Below, one piece after another: positions 37,322 through 49,009 of a stretch of 64,000 nt of DNA; positions within the stretch are counted from its first letter, which is position 1, and each line of letters starts with the position of its first letter. The notes under the pieces are model-generated. The model worked only from the letters and a program-made list of their open reading frames with translations, made no database searches and was not told where the DNA came from. A program made the translations under genes and the position numbers. Source of the stretch: Neoconidiobolus thromboides FSU 785 (Eukaryota > Fungi > Entomophthoromycota); contig MU626296.1 in the NCBI GenBank assembly GCA_025603075.1, forward strand, positions 1 through 64,000, in the 5' to 3' direction.

Positions 37322-39607
37322 TCATGAGAAAAGGAGTTCGTGGTATTTAGGTAATGGCCATAATTTATCGGCAACCAAATTTTCTATTTGATCGGCATGG
37401 ACACGGGCTTCCTTCAATTCAGGGAAGATTTGTTTAGCACAGATCTCAGCACAAGCTTCAATATCTTCTTCTTCTTTCTCGTGTGCTTTCTTAATAAGAT
37501 CTTCAATCTTAGAAATTGATTCCCAAACGGAGTTGAGTAATGGTGTTGTTTCTTCAATTATCTTCTTCTCAGGGCCGAGTTCAAGATCTAATGCCTTAAG
37601 TGAGACTAAGGAATCGGTGATGATCTTACGATATTCAATGGCAGCTGGGATAACAGATTGGCGAAGGAGAGTGATGAGAGTGTTAGCTTCAACAAGGATA
37701 TCCTTGGAATAACGTTCCATAAGAATATGATAACGAGAAATAAGTTCGGTTTCAGAGTAGATACCAGTCTCTGATCCAATAAGCATAGACTTGTTCACAG
37801 GTTCTAAAAGTTGTTTGAAGGCATCAATGGAGTTGTTAATACTTAATAGTCCACGTTTTTCTGCTTCATCTCTCCATTCATTAGAGTAATTATCACCTTC
37901 GAAACGGACTGGTTTAGTCTTCTTAATGTATTCACGGATAACAGCAAGCTTATCTTCATCAGTGACATATGGTTTATCGCCCTTTTGTTTCAATAAAGCT
38001 TTGGTAATTTCGCGTACTGAAGAGGCAAAGGCTACGTTGAGTAAAGCAACTGGGAAGGAAGGTGATTGTTTAGAACCAACAGCACGGAACTCAAACTTGT
38101 TACCAGTGAAGGCAAAAGGAGAAGTACGATTACGATCAGTAAGATCACGATCAATGTTTGGAAGGGTTGGGACCTTAAGATCAAGAATGGTACCACCAAG
38201 CTTAATGGTTTGGATTGAAGGAAGAGAGAATGATTTGATTGGACGAGATTCTTCAATAGAGTTTAAGACCTCAGAAATATGCTCACCTAAAAAGACTGAG
38301 ATAATACCAGGTGGAGCTTCATGGGCACCTAAACGATGATCATTACTTGCACTTGCAATAGAAGCACGAAGTAAACCACCGTGTCTATGGACAGCATCAA
38401 GGGTAGCTAAAACAACTAACAAGAAACGATAATTGGTTTCTGGGCGAACTGATGGGTCAAGTAAATTTGAACCACGGTCAGTAGAAAGAGCCCAATTACA
38501 ATGTTTACCTGATCCATTAACACCAGCAAAAGGCTTCTCGTGGTAAAGAACTTGAAGGTTATTACGTTGAGCAGTCTTATGAAGGACGTCCATGGTAAGA
38601 AGATTGTGATCAACAGCGATTGCAGCTTCTTCGAAAATTGGAGCAATTTCAAATTGGCCTGGAGCAACTTCATTGTGTCTGGTTTTAACTGGTACACCTA
38701 ATTTATAAAGTTCAATTTCAGCATCGTTGATCATCTTCAAAACACGGCTAGGTACTCCACCAAAGTAATGATCTTCCATCTGTTGATGCTTAGGGGGTAA
38801 ATGACCTAAAAGGGTACGCCCAGTGATTTTAAGATCTGGTCTTAAACTTAAAAGGGAACGTTCAACAACAAAGAATTCTTGTTCAGTTCCTAAAGTTGGG
38901 TAAACGCGGCTAACGTATGGTGGGGAACCAGCTGGGGTTGGGTCAATCAAATTTAAAAGTTCACAGGTTGCACTGTTCACTACTTCATTAGAACGTAGTA
39001 AAATAGTTTTTTGGTCTAAAGCATCGCCATTATAGGAAATATAGACTGATGGGATATAAAGGACTGAAGTACCATTTGGAGCAGGGCGGATAAACATAGG
39101 GGAAGTGGTATCCCAGACAGTGTAACCACGAGCTTCGAAAGTAGAACGAACACCACCAGATGGGAAAGAAGATGCATCAGGCTCGGATTGGAGAAGTTGG
39201 GATCCTGAGAAAGTGTCAATTGGGGAAGCTTCTTCACCACTAAAGTTTGCATTCATACGTAAACTAAGGAAAGAATCATGCTTTTCGGCAGTAGAATCAG
39301 TCAAAGGTTGGAACCAATGGGTAAAGTGAGTAGCACCTCTTTCCATGGACCAAACACGTACAGCATGGGCAATAGCATCAGCAGTAACTTTGTCTAAATT
39401 TTGGCGACCTCTTAATTGTTTAAGGAAGGAAGTGAAAATAGGCTTTGGTAAGGCTTTGGCCATGGATTTTAATCCAAAGACTAAAGTACCGAAATTCTCG
39501 GATGGAGCATTGGATTGATTTTTATCTAAAGGAGTGATTTCAGGAACAGACTCAGCAACTTTGGATACATTGGCAAGTATAGCCTGGCTACGGAGATTGG
39601 CAGACAT
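37322..39607 (-). CDS. glnN: Glutamine synthetase type III (GlnN-like), intronless
   Basis: 761 aa. GSIII signatures HFTHWFQPLTDSTAEKHDSF, EPDASSFPSGGVRSTFEARGYTVWD, KTRHNEVAPGQFE, GVNGSGKHCNW, RLGAHEAPP and NRTSPFAFTGNKFEFRAVGS. Confidence 0.95.
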   Translation of the reverse strand: MSANLRSQAILANVSKVAESVPEITPLDKNQSNAPSENFGTLVFGLKSMAKALPKPIFTSFLKQLRGRQNLDKVTADAIAHAVRVWSMERGATHFTHWFQPLTDSTAEKHDSFLSLRMNANFSGEEASPIDTFSGSQLLQSEPDASSFPSGGVRSTFEARGYTVWDTTSPMFIRPAPNGTSVLYIPSVYISYNGDALDQKTILLRSNEVVNSATCELLNLIDPTPAGSPPYVSRVYPTLGTEQEFFVVERSLLSLRPDLKITGRTLLGHLPPKHQQMEDHYFGGVPSRVLKMINDAEIELYKLGVPVKTRHNEVAPGQFEIAPIFEEAAIAVDHNLLTMDVLHKTAQRNNLQVLYHEKPFAGVNGSGKHCNWALSTDRGSNLLDPSVRPETNYRFLLVVLATLDAVHRHGGLLRASIASASNDHRLGAHEAPPGIISVFLGEHISEVLNSIEESRPIKSFSLPSIQTIKLGGTILDLKVPTLPNIDRDLTDRNRTSPFAFTGNKFEFRAVGSKQSPSFPVALLNVAFASSVREITKALLKQKGDKPYVTDEDKLAVIREYIKKTKPVRFEGDNYSNEWRDEAEKRGLLSINNSIDAFKQLLEPVNKSMLIGSETGIYSETELISRYHILMERYSKDILVEANTLITLLRQSVIPAAIEYRKIITDSLVSLKALDLELGPEKKIIEETTPLLNSVWESISKIEDLIKKAHEKEEEDIEACAEICAKQIFPELKEARVHADQIENLVADKLWPLPKYHELLFS

Positions 39608-40470
39608 GATAATAAGAAAAAATAAAAGTAAAAAATGTTAAGTATTGATTTTATAGCCTATCAAATTATAGGTGATGATATATAAATAAATTTGGTGGGT
39701 GATAATCAATGAATAGACTACTTTAATTCGCTATATCTATAAAAGTAAAATTATTAGGAGCTTATCGTCTTTATTTATCAGGTGAAATCAGAAGGTGATT
39801 ACGTAGATAAAAGATAAAGAAAAGAAATTGAAATAATTACCTTAAAATTTTAAAATTTAATTTGCATATTCTTTCACAATGTACTGTATTTATACCCTGA
39901 CTCAACATGACATCTTGATTGCAAAATAATAAAGACGCAAAAATCCGAAAAATTTACCCTATATAAAACCACAAACATATGGTATTATATTCCATAAATC
40001 CAACAATAAACATCATTTGCTGTTATAGCTATTATTTTATAATCAGCTTTAATTATTTTCCATTTAAGCGTATTCAGATATGTTGAATTAAGCTTATACT
40101 AAATGGCTAAAATTTTATATTAAATTTAACTTTACTCAACTATTAGTTTTAATTTCTTGTAATAGAAGATTTTATGATTAGCCTAAAGTCAGTAATAAAA
40201 ACATATCAAATTTAACCAATTAAAAGCGTATTTTAAGTAGATATTTTTATCTTTGAAACTATTATTCTATTATTTTATTATTCTATTATAATGTTATAAT
40301 ATTATATTGAGGTAAAATCAAAAATCTTTAAAATATCATAACATCTTTTAACCAAGTTTAATCTTGCAAATAGATAGCTTATTTCGAACTAAGTAAAAAA
40401 GGTGATTATTTTTTATTCTTTTGCTTAATTTGCAAAATTTGCAAAGGGCCGATGGTAAAAAAATTGAATC

Positions 40471-40570
40471 TATTGAGATGTTTTTTGGTTTCATCGCTTT
40501 TTCGTTTTTAAGCGTTGTTTAAGTGGAAAAATTGCTAGTGGAATTTTTAAACAAAAAATACATCCCCATA
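40471..40570 (-). mobile_element. MITE-like element, copy 6 (reverse orientation)
   Basis: TATTGAGATGTTTTTTGGTTTCATC...TAAGCGTTGTTTAAGTGGAAAAATT...AAAAAATACATCCCCATA is the reverse complement of the consensus. Confidence 0.8.
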
Positions 40571-40654
40571 TGCTATAAATTAACCCATATATTCAATATA
40601 TTTATTGGTATTTATTAAAAAATTATTCGCATATATTTAGTTTAAGTATTACTA

Positions 40655-40759
40655 TATGGGGATGTTTTTTTTGATTTCATTACTTTTCCATTTTTTTAAG
40701 CGCTATTTGAGTGGAAAAATTACTAGTAAAATTCTTAAACATAAAAACACATCCTCATA
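40655..40759 (-). mobile_element. MITE-like element, copy 7 (reverse orientation)
   Basis: TATGGGGATGTTTTTTTTGATTTCATTACTTTTCCATTTTTTTAAGCGCTATTTGAGTGGAAAAA...AAAAACACATCCTCATA, with ATAT on both sides. Confidence 0.87.
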
Positions 40760-40984
40760 TAAATACTTCATTTTTATAAATTTGGATGTTGTATTTATAT
40801 TTATATTTATTCTTATATTTGTATTTGTTATATTTATTTTTCAGTTCATCTTTTACATATTTCTGTTTTATTTATTATTTTCCAATCTTTATAATAAGTT
40901 AAAATTTAAAATTTAAAAATAATAAAAGTAGAATATAATAATTAAACAAAAATAAATCACTATAAATTAACAATTATAATTTTA

Positions 40985-42493
40985 TTAGAATAAGAGGTAT
41001 AATACAATAGTGATTAAATAATAATAATTGAATAGAATCAAACTACTATTTGAATTAAAGGTTGGTATATTTTTTAAACAGGGGTTGATAGTGTATCCGA
41101 TTTTATTTAGCATCTTGATTAGATTTTTATCAAAGCCTAAATTGTTATAATCAAAGTCTGGTATTGTATTTTTACCTGGAATCAATTCCCCATTGATATT
41201 AATCGGTGAATCGCTTGATAGTGTATGGATTAAAGACAATCCTTTTTTAAAAGTATCTGTTGTATATAAAGGTAGTAACATAGATTGATTATCTTCATTG
41301 TCTTCTTCTTTAAGTAAAAAGAAAGAAGCATTATAAGTTAGAGAAGATTTATAGATTTTGTTGGCGGCAGTATAAAACTTCGAAGTTAATAATTTGTTAG
41401 TGAATCCGGTGTAAGTTAAATCAACATAGTCATCAATTGAGTCTCTTATTAAATTATAGTAGTACTCAAATGTTATTTGTTCGGTATTACTCTCTCCATT
41501 TGGTTGAAATATTAAATATTTATCGTATATGTATGGCCTTTTAATTCCATTAACTCTCCTATCATCAATTTTGATTGATGGTAGTAATATACTATCATCG
41601 TCGTTTTCACTTAATTTAACTTTATTTAAAGATGTCATTATTCCCAATCCGTGCAACAACTCATGTAATACTAAGTGATATATAGTTAAATAATTTATTA
41701 CTTTATTATACTAATCCAATTTACCTATCAATTCGAATTCATATTGATCTTCTTCAATTTTTCCATCATTCTAATATAAAGATAAGTCATTTAATATAAA
41801 CAGATAATTTTAGCTTTACTTTAAACCATAGAAGCTTTTTTTGACTTGAATCGTGCTCTATTTTAAATATAAGTATTTGGTACATTATTGATGTATTATT
41901 TATAGTTACCTATTATTATATCAAATGGATTTAAATCCAGATCGTTATCATATTGCTTTATGAGTGCCTATAATAATTTTAGTATAAAAAATAGCAGAAA
42001 CAATAAACGGTAGTATTACTTGTGGGTATAAATAATTTGGGTCTAAAGGTAATAGTGATATTGTTTCGATAGGAAAGAAACCGCCAGATATACCATTATT
42101 TGATAATTCATTTGAATCATTTTCGTTACATGTCAATAGCCTATTTTTGGTCTGCGTACCATTATTCAATAGTGGATTTGTTACTTTACTCGTTGATTGA
42201 CATTGATTTCTATATGATTTCGTCAACATGCTGTCATTAATTTACTGATATTATTTTATTTACCTCCACTTAACACTCAGTGTGATTGTGTTTTGTAGTT
42301 CTAATAGACCAGACAACCTTTTTGTTGCATCCAAATAGGTATTATATATATTGTTGCATAGGGACGTATTTGTTTCTTGTGCATTGCATATAAATTCTTT
42401 AATTTCAAACATATTTATAACTCCTGCATTATTTTGTACTCCACAATAAGTATATTTGACATAAAATAGTATCCAATATAATTTAAATTTCAT
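40985..42493 (-). CDS. Secreted zinc metalloprotease-like protein (HExxH), multi-exon, with a hydrophobic C-terminus
   Basis: Signal-like MKFKLYWILFYVKYTYC. Spliced YPQ/ALIKQ...FDIII/E...LWFK/NDGKIEEDQYEFELI/VLHELLHGLGI. Ends in a hydrophobic tail (possible GPI signal). Confidence 0.75.
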
Positions 42494-43701
42494 AATTTTA
42501 TTCAAAAAAAACAAAAAAAACAATCAATGCTCTATTGTTACATTATAAATGTTAGTTGTATGTTTATTTCTTTTTTTATTTATTTAAAACTACGGCTATA
42601 TAATTAAGAGACTGTAAATGCCTAACTGTTACTAATTAAATTAATTCAAAGTTTTTAATTTTAATTCATTCTCAGTATTAAAAATGAAGCTTAATTTTGT
42701 GTTCGAATTTTAAAAAAATCTCAGTGAATCTAAAATGACTTCAGTTTCGGCAATTTTAAACTTGTTTTTTTTATTACTGAATTTTTACCATATAAAACAC
42801 TCCCCCTTTTTATTCATTAAATGCATAATAATTAAAGCTTTACTTTATTAAGCATATTAAGTAAGTAAGTTACTTCATATGAACCTAACTTATAATCAGT
42901 GAACCAAAATGTACAGTTACTTATTTTTAACTAATTAATTTTGGCTAATACTACCCCCGCCACCCTTAACTATTTATTCTTTTATATAATTATTTAATAA
43001 TATCAAAATATCATTCTATATTTTCATCTATTAAACAATAGCAAACTTATTTTATAACCAAATATATTAGAAGATTGGTTTTTATATCATATGGGTACAA
43101 TGTGATCGCTATAATTTTTTTAAAAGATATTATTTGATGATTTTGTTTCTTATATTAAAATGGGATTTATCATACTTTGATATAGATTATTTTTTACAAT
43201 CTATCAAGCTTTTTATAACAAAAAAGGAAAACACGTCTACTGCAACTAATTATCTCATTTTTTGAAATGGAATTATGTAATTTTGTTTAACAGATAATAC
43301 AAAAATATTATTCCTTTTCAAATAATTTTAAAAATTAAAATATAATAATTATGTTTTATAAACCCTTAATATTTTCGATTTAAATTCGAATTCATGTGTT
43401 AAATTTTATTTCAAACCCTATTTTTTTACCCTTCGTGATAAGGGACATTTAAATTTAAAATGTTATAGTAAACTCTCTTATTTATATTATGACTATTTCC
43501 AACTTCAAAATTTAAACGTGACTTGAGGTTCTAAGCAATTGGAATTTCAACGATAAAATAATGTTGACAATGTGATGTGAAACCAAGTCAAAAAAGGCAT
43601 TGTTAAAATAGGAAGTGGTGAGATAATTTGAACTCATAAACAGTATATAAGCAACTAATCTGAAAATCAACAACAAAAAATTCCTTTTTAAAAATAAAAA
43701 G

Positions 43702-45309
43702 ATGGCTGTAAAAGATGTTAATGACGCTTTTGATGGTGTCAAAGAAACTGGTTCCGTTGATGTTCCTGCTCCACAAGTTATAAGAAGACCTGGTGAAAAT
43801 TGGGGTATGTTTACACTAAGAAAACTATTTGCTAGAAAGAATGTTGAGAATTTGATTAATTCTACAGAAGATACTGGTATGAAGCGTAGGCTGAATGCTA
43901 TTCATTTAACTGGTATCGGAGTAGGTTGTATTGTAGGTACCGGTATCTTTGTATATTCTGGTATTGTTGCAAGACGTGATGCTGGTCCTGCTGTTGTTTT
44001 GTCGTTTGCTATTGCTGGTTTCGTTGCTGCTTTAGCTGCACTTTGTTATTCTGAAATCGCTGCTATGATTCCTATTGCTGGTTCTGCTTACTCTTATACT
44101 TACACAACTATGGGTGAATTTGTATCTTGGATTGTCGGTTGGGTACTAATATTAGAGTATTTGGTTGGTTCCGCTGCTGTAGGTGTGGGATGGTCTGCTT
44201 ATCTTATGCGTTTCTTTGGTGACGCTTTTGGATGGCATCCACCATTAGGGCTCACTAAAGCATTTGTATCATGGAATGAAGAAACAAGTAGCTTTGAGCT
44301 TACAGGTCATTACTTTAACATTCCTGCAGTAGTTATTATAATGACATGTACTTTACTATTAATTTTATCCTCTCGTGAATCTGCTACTGCTACTGTTGTT
44401 GCAGTTGTTATAAAATTAACGGTAATTCTTTTATTTATATTTGCTTGTGCTGGAGACGTTGACGTTGCTAATTATAATCCATTTGTCCCTAGCGCAGATC
44501 CTAACGTATCTGGTAGATATGGTGGAATGGGTGTATTAAAAGGAGCTTCTATTGTATTCTTTTGTTACACTGGATTTGATTCCGTCTCGACTGCTGCACA
44601 AGAAGCCAAAAATCCAGCTAGAGACATGCCTATTGGTATCATTGGTTCTTTAGTTATTTCAACTGCACTTTATATTGCCGTGTGCTTGGTCTTAGTAGGT
44701 ATTGTTCCTTATTATGAAATTGACACCGAAAGTCCAATTACTTTTGCAACTTCTTATGTCAACAAAAATTGGTTATCTATTGCTATTGGCCTTTCAGCTG
44801 TACTTGGTATGATCACCGCAGCAATTGTTACCATGATGGCCCAAGCTCGTATCTTTTATGCAATGTCTCGTGATGGTCTTTTACCTAGATTCTTTGGAAG
44901 AGTTCATCATAAATTTGGTACTCCATGGGTGAGTCAGCTTATTGTAGGATGTCTTTCTTCATTATTAGCTGCCATCTTTCCAATTGATCTTTTAGGTACA
45001 TTGTCAGGTATGGGTACACTTTTCGGTTTCTTCCTTGTATGTCTCGGAGTTATGATCCTCCGTATTAGAAGGCCAGATCTCCCACGTCCATTCCGTGTTC
45101 CATTAGGACCTTATGTAATCCCATTGCTTGGAGCTTTATTCTCGATCGCTTTAGTGTTTACATCCCCACCATCTTCATTAGCTCGTCTTTTCATATGGCT
45201 TGGTATTGGCATACTTGTTTACATTTGCTATGGATTCCGTAACTCCCGTGTAAATCATCCAGAGAAATTCATTGGAAATGATTTTGAGAAGATCATTCGT
45301 GAACACTAA
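43702..45309 (+). CDS. APC-superfamily amino-acid permease (CAT/SLC7-like), paralog 2, intronless
   Basis: 535 aa, the same length as and closely similar to paralog 1, in the opposite orientation. Confidence 0.93.
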   Translation: MAVKDVNDAFDGVKETGSVDVPAPQVIRRPGENWGMFTLRKLFARKNVENLINSTEDTGMKRRLNAIHLTGIGVGCIVGTGIFVYSGIVARRDAGPAVVLSFAIAGFVAALAALCYSEIAAMIPIAGSAYSYTYTTMGEFVSWIVGWVLILEYLVGSAAVGVGWSAYLMRFFGDAFGWHPPLGLTKAFVSWNEETSSFELTGHYFNIPAVVIIMTCTLLLILSSRESATATVVAVVIKLTVILLFIFACAGDVDVANYNPFVPSADPNVSGRYGGMGVLKGASIVFFCYTGFDSVSTAAQEAKNPARDMPIGIIGSLVISTALYIAVCLVLVGIVPYYEIDTESPITFATSYVNKNWLSIAIGLSAVLGMITAAIVTMMAQARIFYAMSRDGLLPRFFGRVHHKFGTPWVSQLIVGCLSSLLAAIFPIDLLGTLSGMGTLFGFFLVCLGVMILRIRRPDLPRPFRVPLGPYVIPLLGALFSIALVFTSPPSSLARLFIWLGIGILVYICYGFRNSRVNHPEKFIGNDFEKIIREH

Positions 45310-46882
45310 TTTTAAATACTTTAAATAACTTTTGACTATTTTAATAAAACATTTTTAATTTTGATAAATGTTCAAAATAATAGATACAGTTATTAGACAT
45401 ACAATAATTCAAATAATACATAAAACAATGCTATAGTTTATGTGAAGTTATCTATATTAAATATAATTTAATTATTGATTTTTTAAATTCCCAGGGCCAA
45501 AATTAATGTTTCAAAACCATATTAAAATGCGAAGAAAAATAGTTTAAATATTAAACAATGTCTAAACACTAAAACATCTATTAAATCATGCCATTAAATT
45601 TAAGGTTGTTTTTTGTAAAGAGCCTTTAAAAATAGAATCTTACTTTTAGTTGCTATTATTGAACGTAAAACTAAGCATTGATCCAATTTATTATTTTTAT
45701 TTTAGAAAATCTAGACAACTTGCATTAATTAAATTTGAAAGCAAAAGGATACATATCCTGTCTCCGCTATTATACTATTCCTTTACTCCGTTAATTGATA
45801 AATCGAAAAACAGTCACAATAATCACAATGTAATAAAAAGTACTAGCATTGGTGAAAAAGTAATAAAAAAATTGTAATCAAAAAACTAAATTAAAAATAA
45901 AAATTTGTTTAATAGCGTTTCTAAACAAATAAAGTAAATAAATGCATAATTAAATCAAAAATCTGTAAAACTATTCTCAAAAATAAACTGAGGTTGGATT
46001 AAGTTTCTATGTTTGATTAAAAAGTAAAGGATCGAGAATCAGCTACGAATCTAGATGATTATTAACTGAAAACTGTATTCTAATAAGTCAGTAAAATTGA
46101 ATTACTCAAGCGTTAATTTAAATAGTTAAGAATTTTAAAGAATTTTGTTGAAAATAGGTTTTATGCAATGAACTAAATCAAATTACTTTGTTTCAATTTT
46201 TAATTGTGGATTTTTAAATTTTGTGCTACATAAAAAATGAATAGGATGTTGAAACAAAATACATTTTTCCTTGTTTTAGGTTTAAACCAACCTATATTAA
46301 AGAATATATACCTTTAGATTTCAGCCATTTGATATCTCAGTTTATTGAAAAAGAGAGATGTTTAGTGACAATATAACATAAGTAAAAGACATGTTTTTTA
46401 GATTATTAAATCAATTTTGATATTTTTAAATTTTAAACTGGTTGGAGAATAGACAAAATAATAAAAAAATACATTCTTGTGTTTTTTTGTTCAATTTTGA
46501 AATTAATGTTATTCAAATTTCAATCCGACTTCTAAGCTTGTCCATGCATATAATATTTAACAACCTTGTAATAGCTTTTCAATTAATTTTTAATATTATC
46601 TTTACATACGCTTAGTTATCTATTAGTTTTATATATTGACTCTAAATAATAACTATTCATTAATGCAATTATGAGAAGATTTACTACTAAAATTACCAAT
46701 TCTGATATAATTATTACCAGTAGAGCAATTAATCAGATAAGCATGCTTTTAGGCTCCATTTAATTGGCTTAGCTCATTAATTTCTATTCAAGGAAATTAA
46801 TCTTTAGATTAACTTGTGCTACCACTAAACTAAATCAACCGAAACTAAAGGATTTTACCTCTTTATCAATTAATATCTAAAA

Positions 46883-48814
46883 ATGTCCTATACTAAAGTG
46901 AAAGATTATTTATCCATTAAAAAAGACGATAGTGAAACTTTACCAATTTACGATAAAAATGTTGATTCACCAACACAAAGTTCAAAACAGCTAAATAATA
47001 AACCAGGTGGTGTTAATCGTACTAAGTCTGGTGCCAAATTAGAAAGCAAAAAAGTATCTCAAGTAACTAGTAACATTGCCAAGTTACCTAAGCGTACTAC
47101 CAAAGTTAGTCAAAAATTAGCTTTCTTTCCGGAACAAGATTTTGGTCCTACTATTCCAGATGATGAATCCGAAGACGAAGTTTATAACCAAGTGGCTCAA
47201 ATTCCAGAGGGTACTTTTAGAAAACAAGCAGTTGAATATTCAAAAAGACTTAAACAAAAACTTCCTAGAGTTACTGCTTATACTACTGCTGCGTAAGGTT
47301 ATTTTTCATCTAAAAAAATAATATATTAATAATTTAATAGCTCTTATAAATTAGATGAGCTCTTAAAATATTTACAATCTTTAAAACAAGAATATACTTG
47401 TAATCCAAAGAAATACGATGAATGGTAAATTTGGAAAATATTAATTTAGTTAACAATTAATTTCTTTTAGTTTACATACAACTTTCAATTTTACACGATA
47501 TGCTTATAATGGCCAACATACTATGACACTTTCTGGTGAAAGAAATATATTTTCAGCCCCAAGTCCAGATAATATAATGACTGCTTTAGATTCAGATACT
47601 GAAAATACAATTGATATTGCTATTCCAGGGATGGGAGAGCTGTTCTTTTTTGAATATGGGGTAGTTGTTATGTGGGGTTTAACTTTTGAACAAGAACAAG
47701 AAATTTTGAAATTTATTAAACCTTTTGAAGAAGATAATATTGATAACGAAGATATTGAATGTGAAGAATTTCATTTTCATTATAATTCTTCTTATCAACC
47801 AAAGTAAGTATTTGATTTAATTAGTAGTATATATAAATAATAATAATTTTTAGAATTTATAATGATGTAATTACCCTTAAAAGTTCTGCTACTTATTTAA
47901 CTAAAATGACAATTTCCCATGCGATTGCACAATCGACTAAAATGGCTTATTTTGAAAATATGGTGACTGAAACAATTGAAGATACTAAACACATTCCACA
48001 AACATTAGCAGAAACTGGAAAAGTCAATATGTCAAGGTAAATTAATTTAAATAGTAGTATATTATAGAACATAAATTTAAGTTAATAAACTTTAGAACAA
48101 GTATAGCTAAAAAGATTGGTCAATTATATATTATGAAAATCAATGTAAATTTAGTTAGTAATGTATTAGATACTCCAGAAATTTTTTGGTCTGAACCACA
48201 ACTGCAACCATTGTATAATGCTATTCGTGGTAATTTAATTTGTTTTTATTATTTGTAAGAGTTGTTTTTTGATTTAGCTTTTAGGTTATTTAGAAATTCC
48301 TCAAAGAGCTGAATTATTAAATCAGCGTGTAGATGTTATTTGCGATATGCTAGATATGTTAAGAGAGCATTTGAATTCTTCTCATGGTAACTAATATTAT
48401 TATGATTATTTATAATACAAAAATTAATTGATTTTTAGGTGAATTTTTAGAATGGATTGTTATTATTTTAATTGGTAAGTCTTAATATTATTATATATAT
48501 ATACTTTTGTTATTGTATATGCACTTATTGTATACACTATCATGTTTGTATATATTATTTCTATTATTATTTTATTTTTACAATATTAAATCTAAACTAT
48601 TAAATTTGTAAAGTGTATTCTATAATATTTAATCCGGAATTCTTTTTTCCGGTGGTATGGAATCTCTTTAACAAACTTAGTGAATGGTTATCTAAATGGC
48701 ATTAAATTAATTTCCTTCTTTTCATCAGGTTTCGAAATCATTATTGGCATAATTACCATTGTTTTTGAAGCTATGAATTTATCTAGAGGTACCAAATATG
48801 AAGGTCACCTTTAA
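46883..48814 (+). CDS. RMD1: RMD1/DUF155-family protein, multi-exon
   Basis: LPRVTAYTTAA/SYKL, FFFEYGVVVMWG, ISHAIAQSTK, NVLDTPEIFWSEP, YLEIPQRAELLNQR and EFLEWIVIILI. The last exon 48729-48814 gives GFEIIIGIITIVFEAMNLSRGTKYEGHL*. Confidence 0.87.
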
Positions 48815-49009
48815 TTTTTTTATAAAGATATATTCGATTAGACATTTTATTTCATTTATAATAAACTTAATTTTATATTTAAAATATAAAATACAAGTAT
48901 CATGATATTAATTGTAAATAAGTTTATTTTAATTTTATTATAGCTTATTTTAATTTTAAATACTCTTTTTGTTATGTTTGTTGGATATAAAAATTGAAAT
49001 ACGATATTA

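Noticed and set aside
37926-38339. 137-aa + strand ORF and other shadow ORFs overlapping GSIII
   Set aside because: These are antisense or alternate-frame by-products of strong codon bias in a real gene, with no independent motif.
40656-40916. 86-aa Phe/Ile-rich ORF
   Set aside because: It starts inside MITE copy 7 and continues through low-complexity AT sequence.
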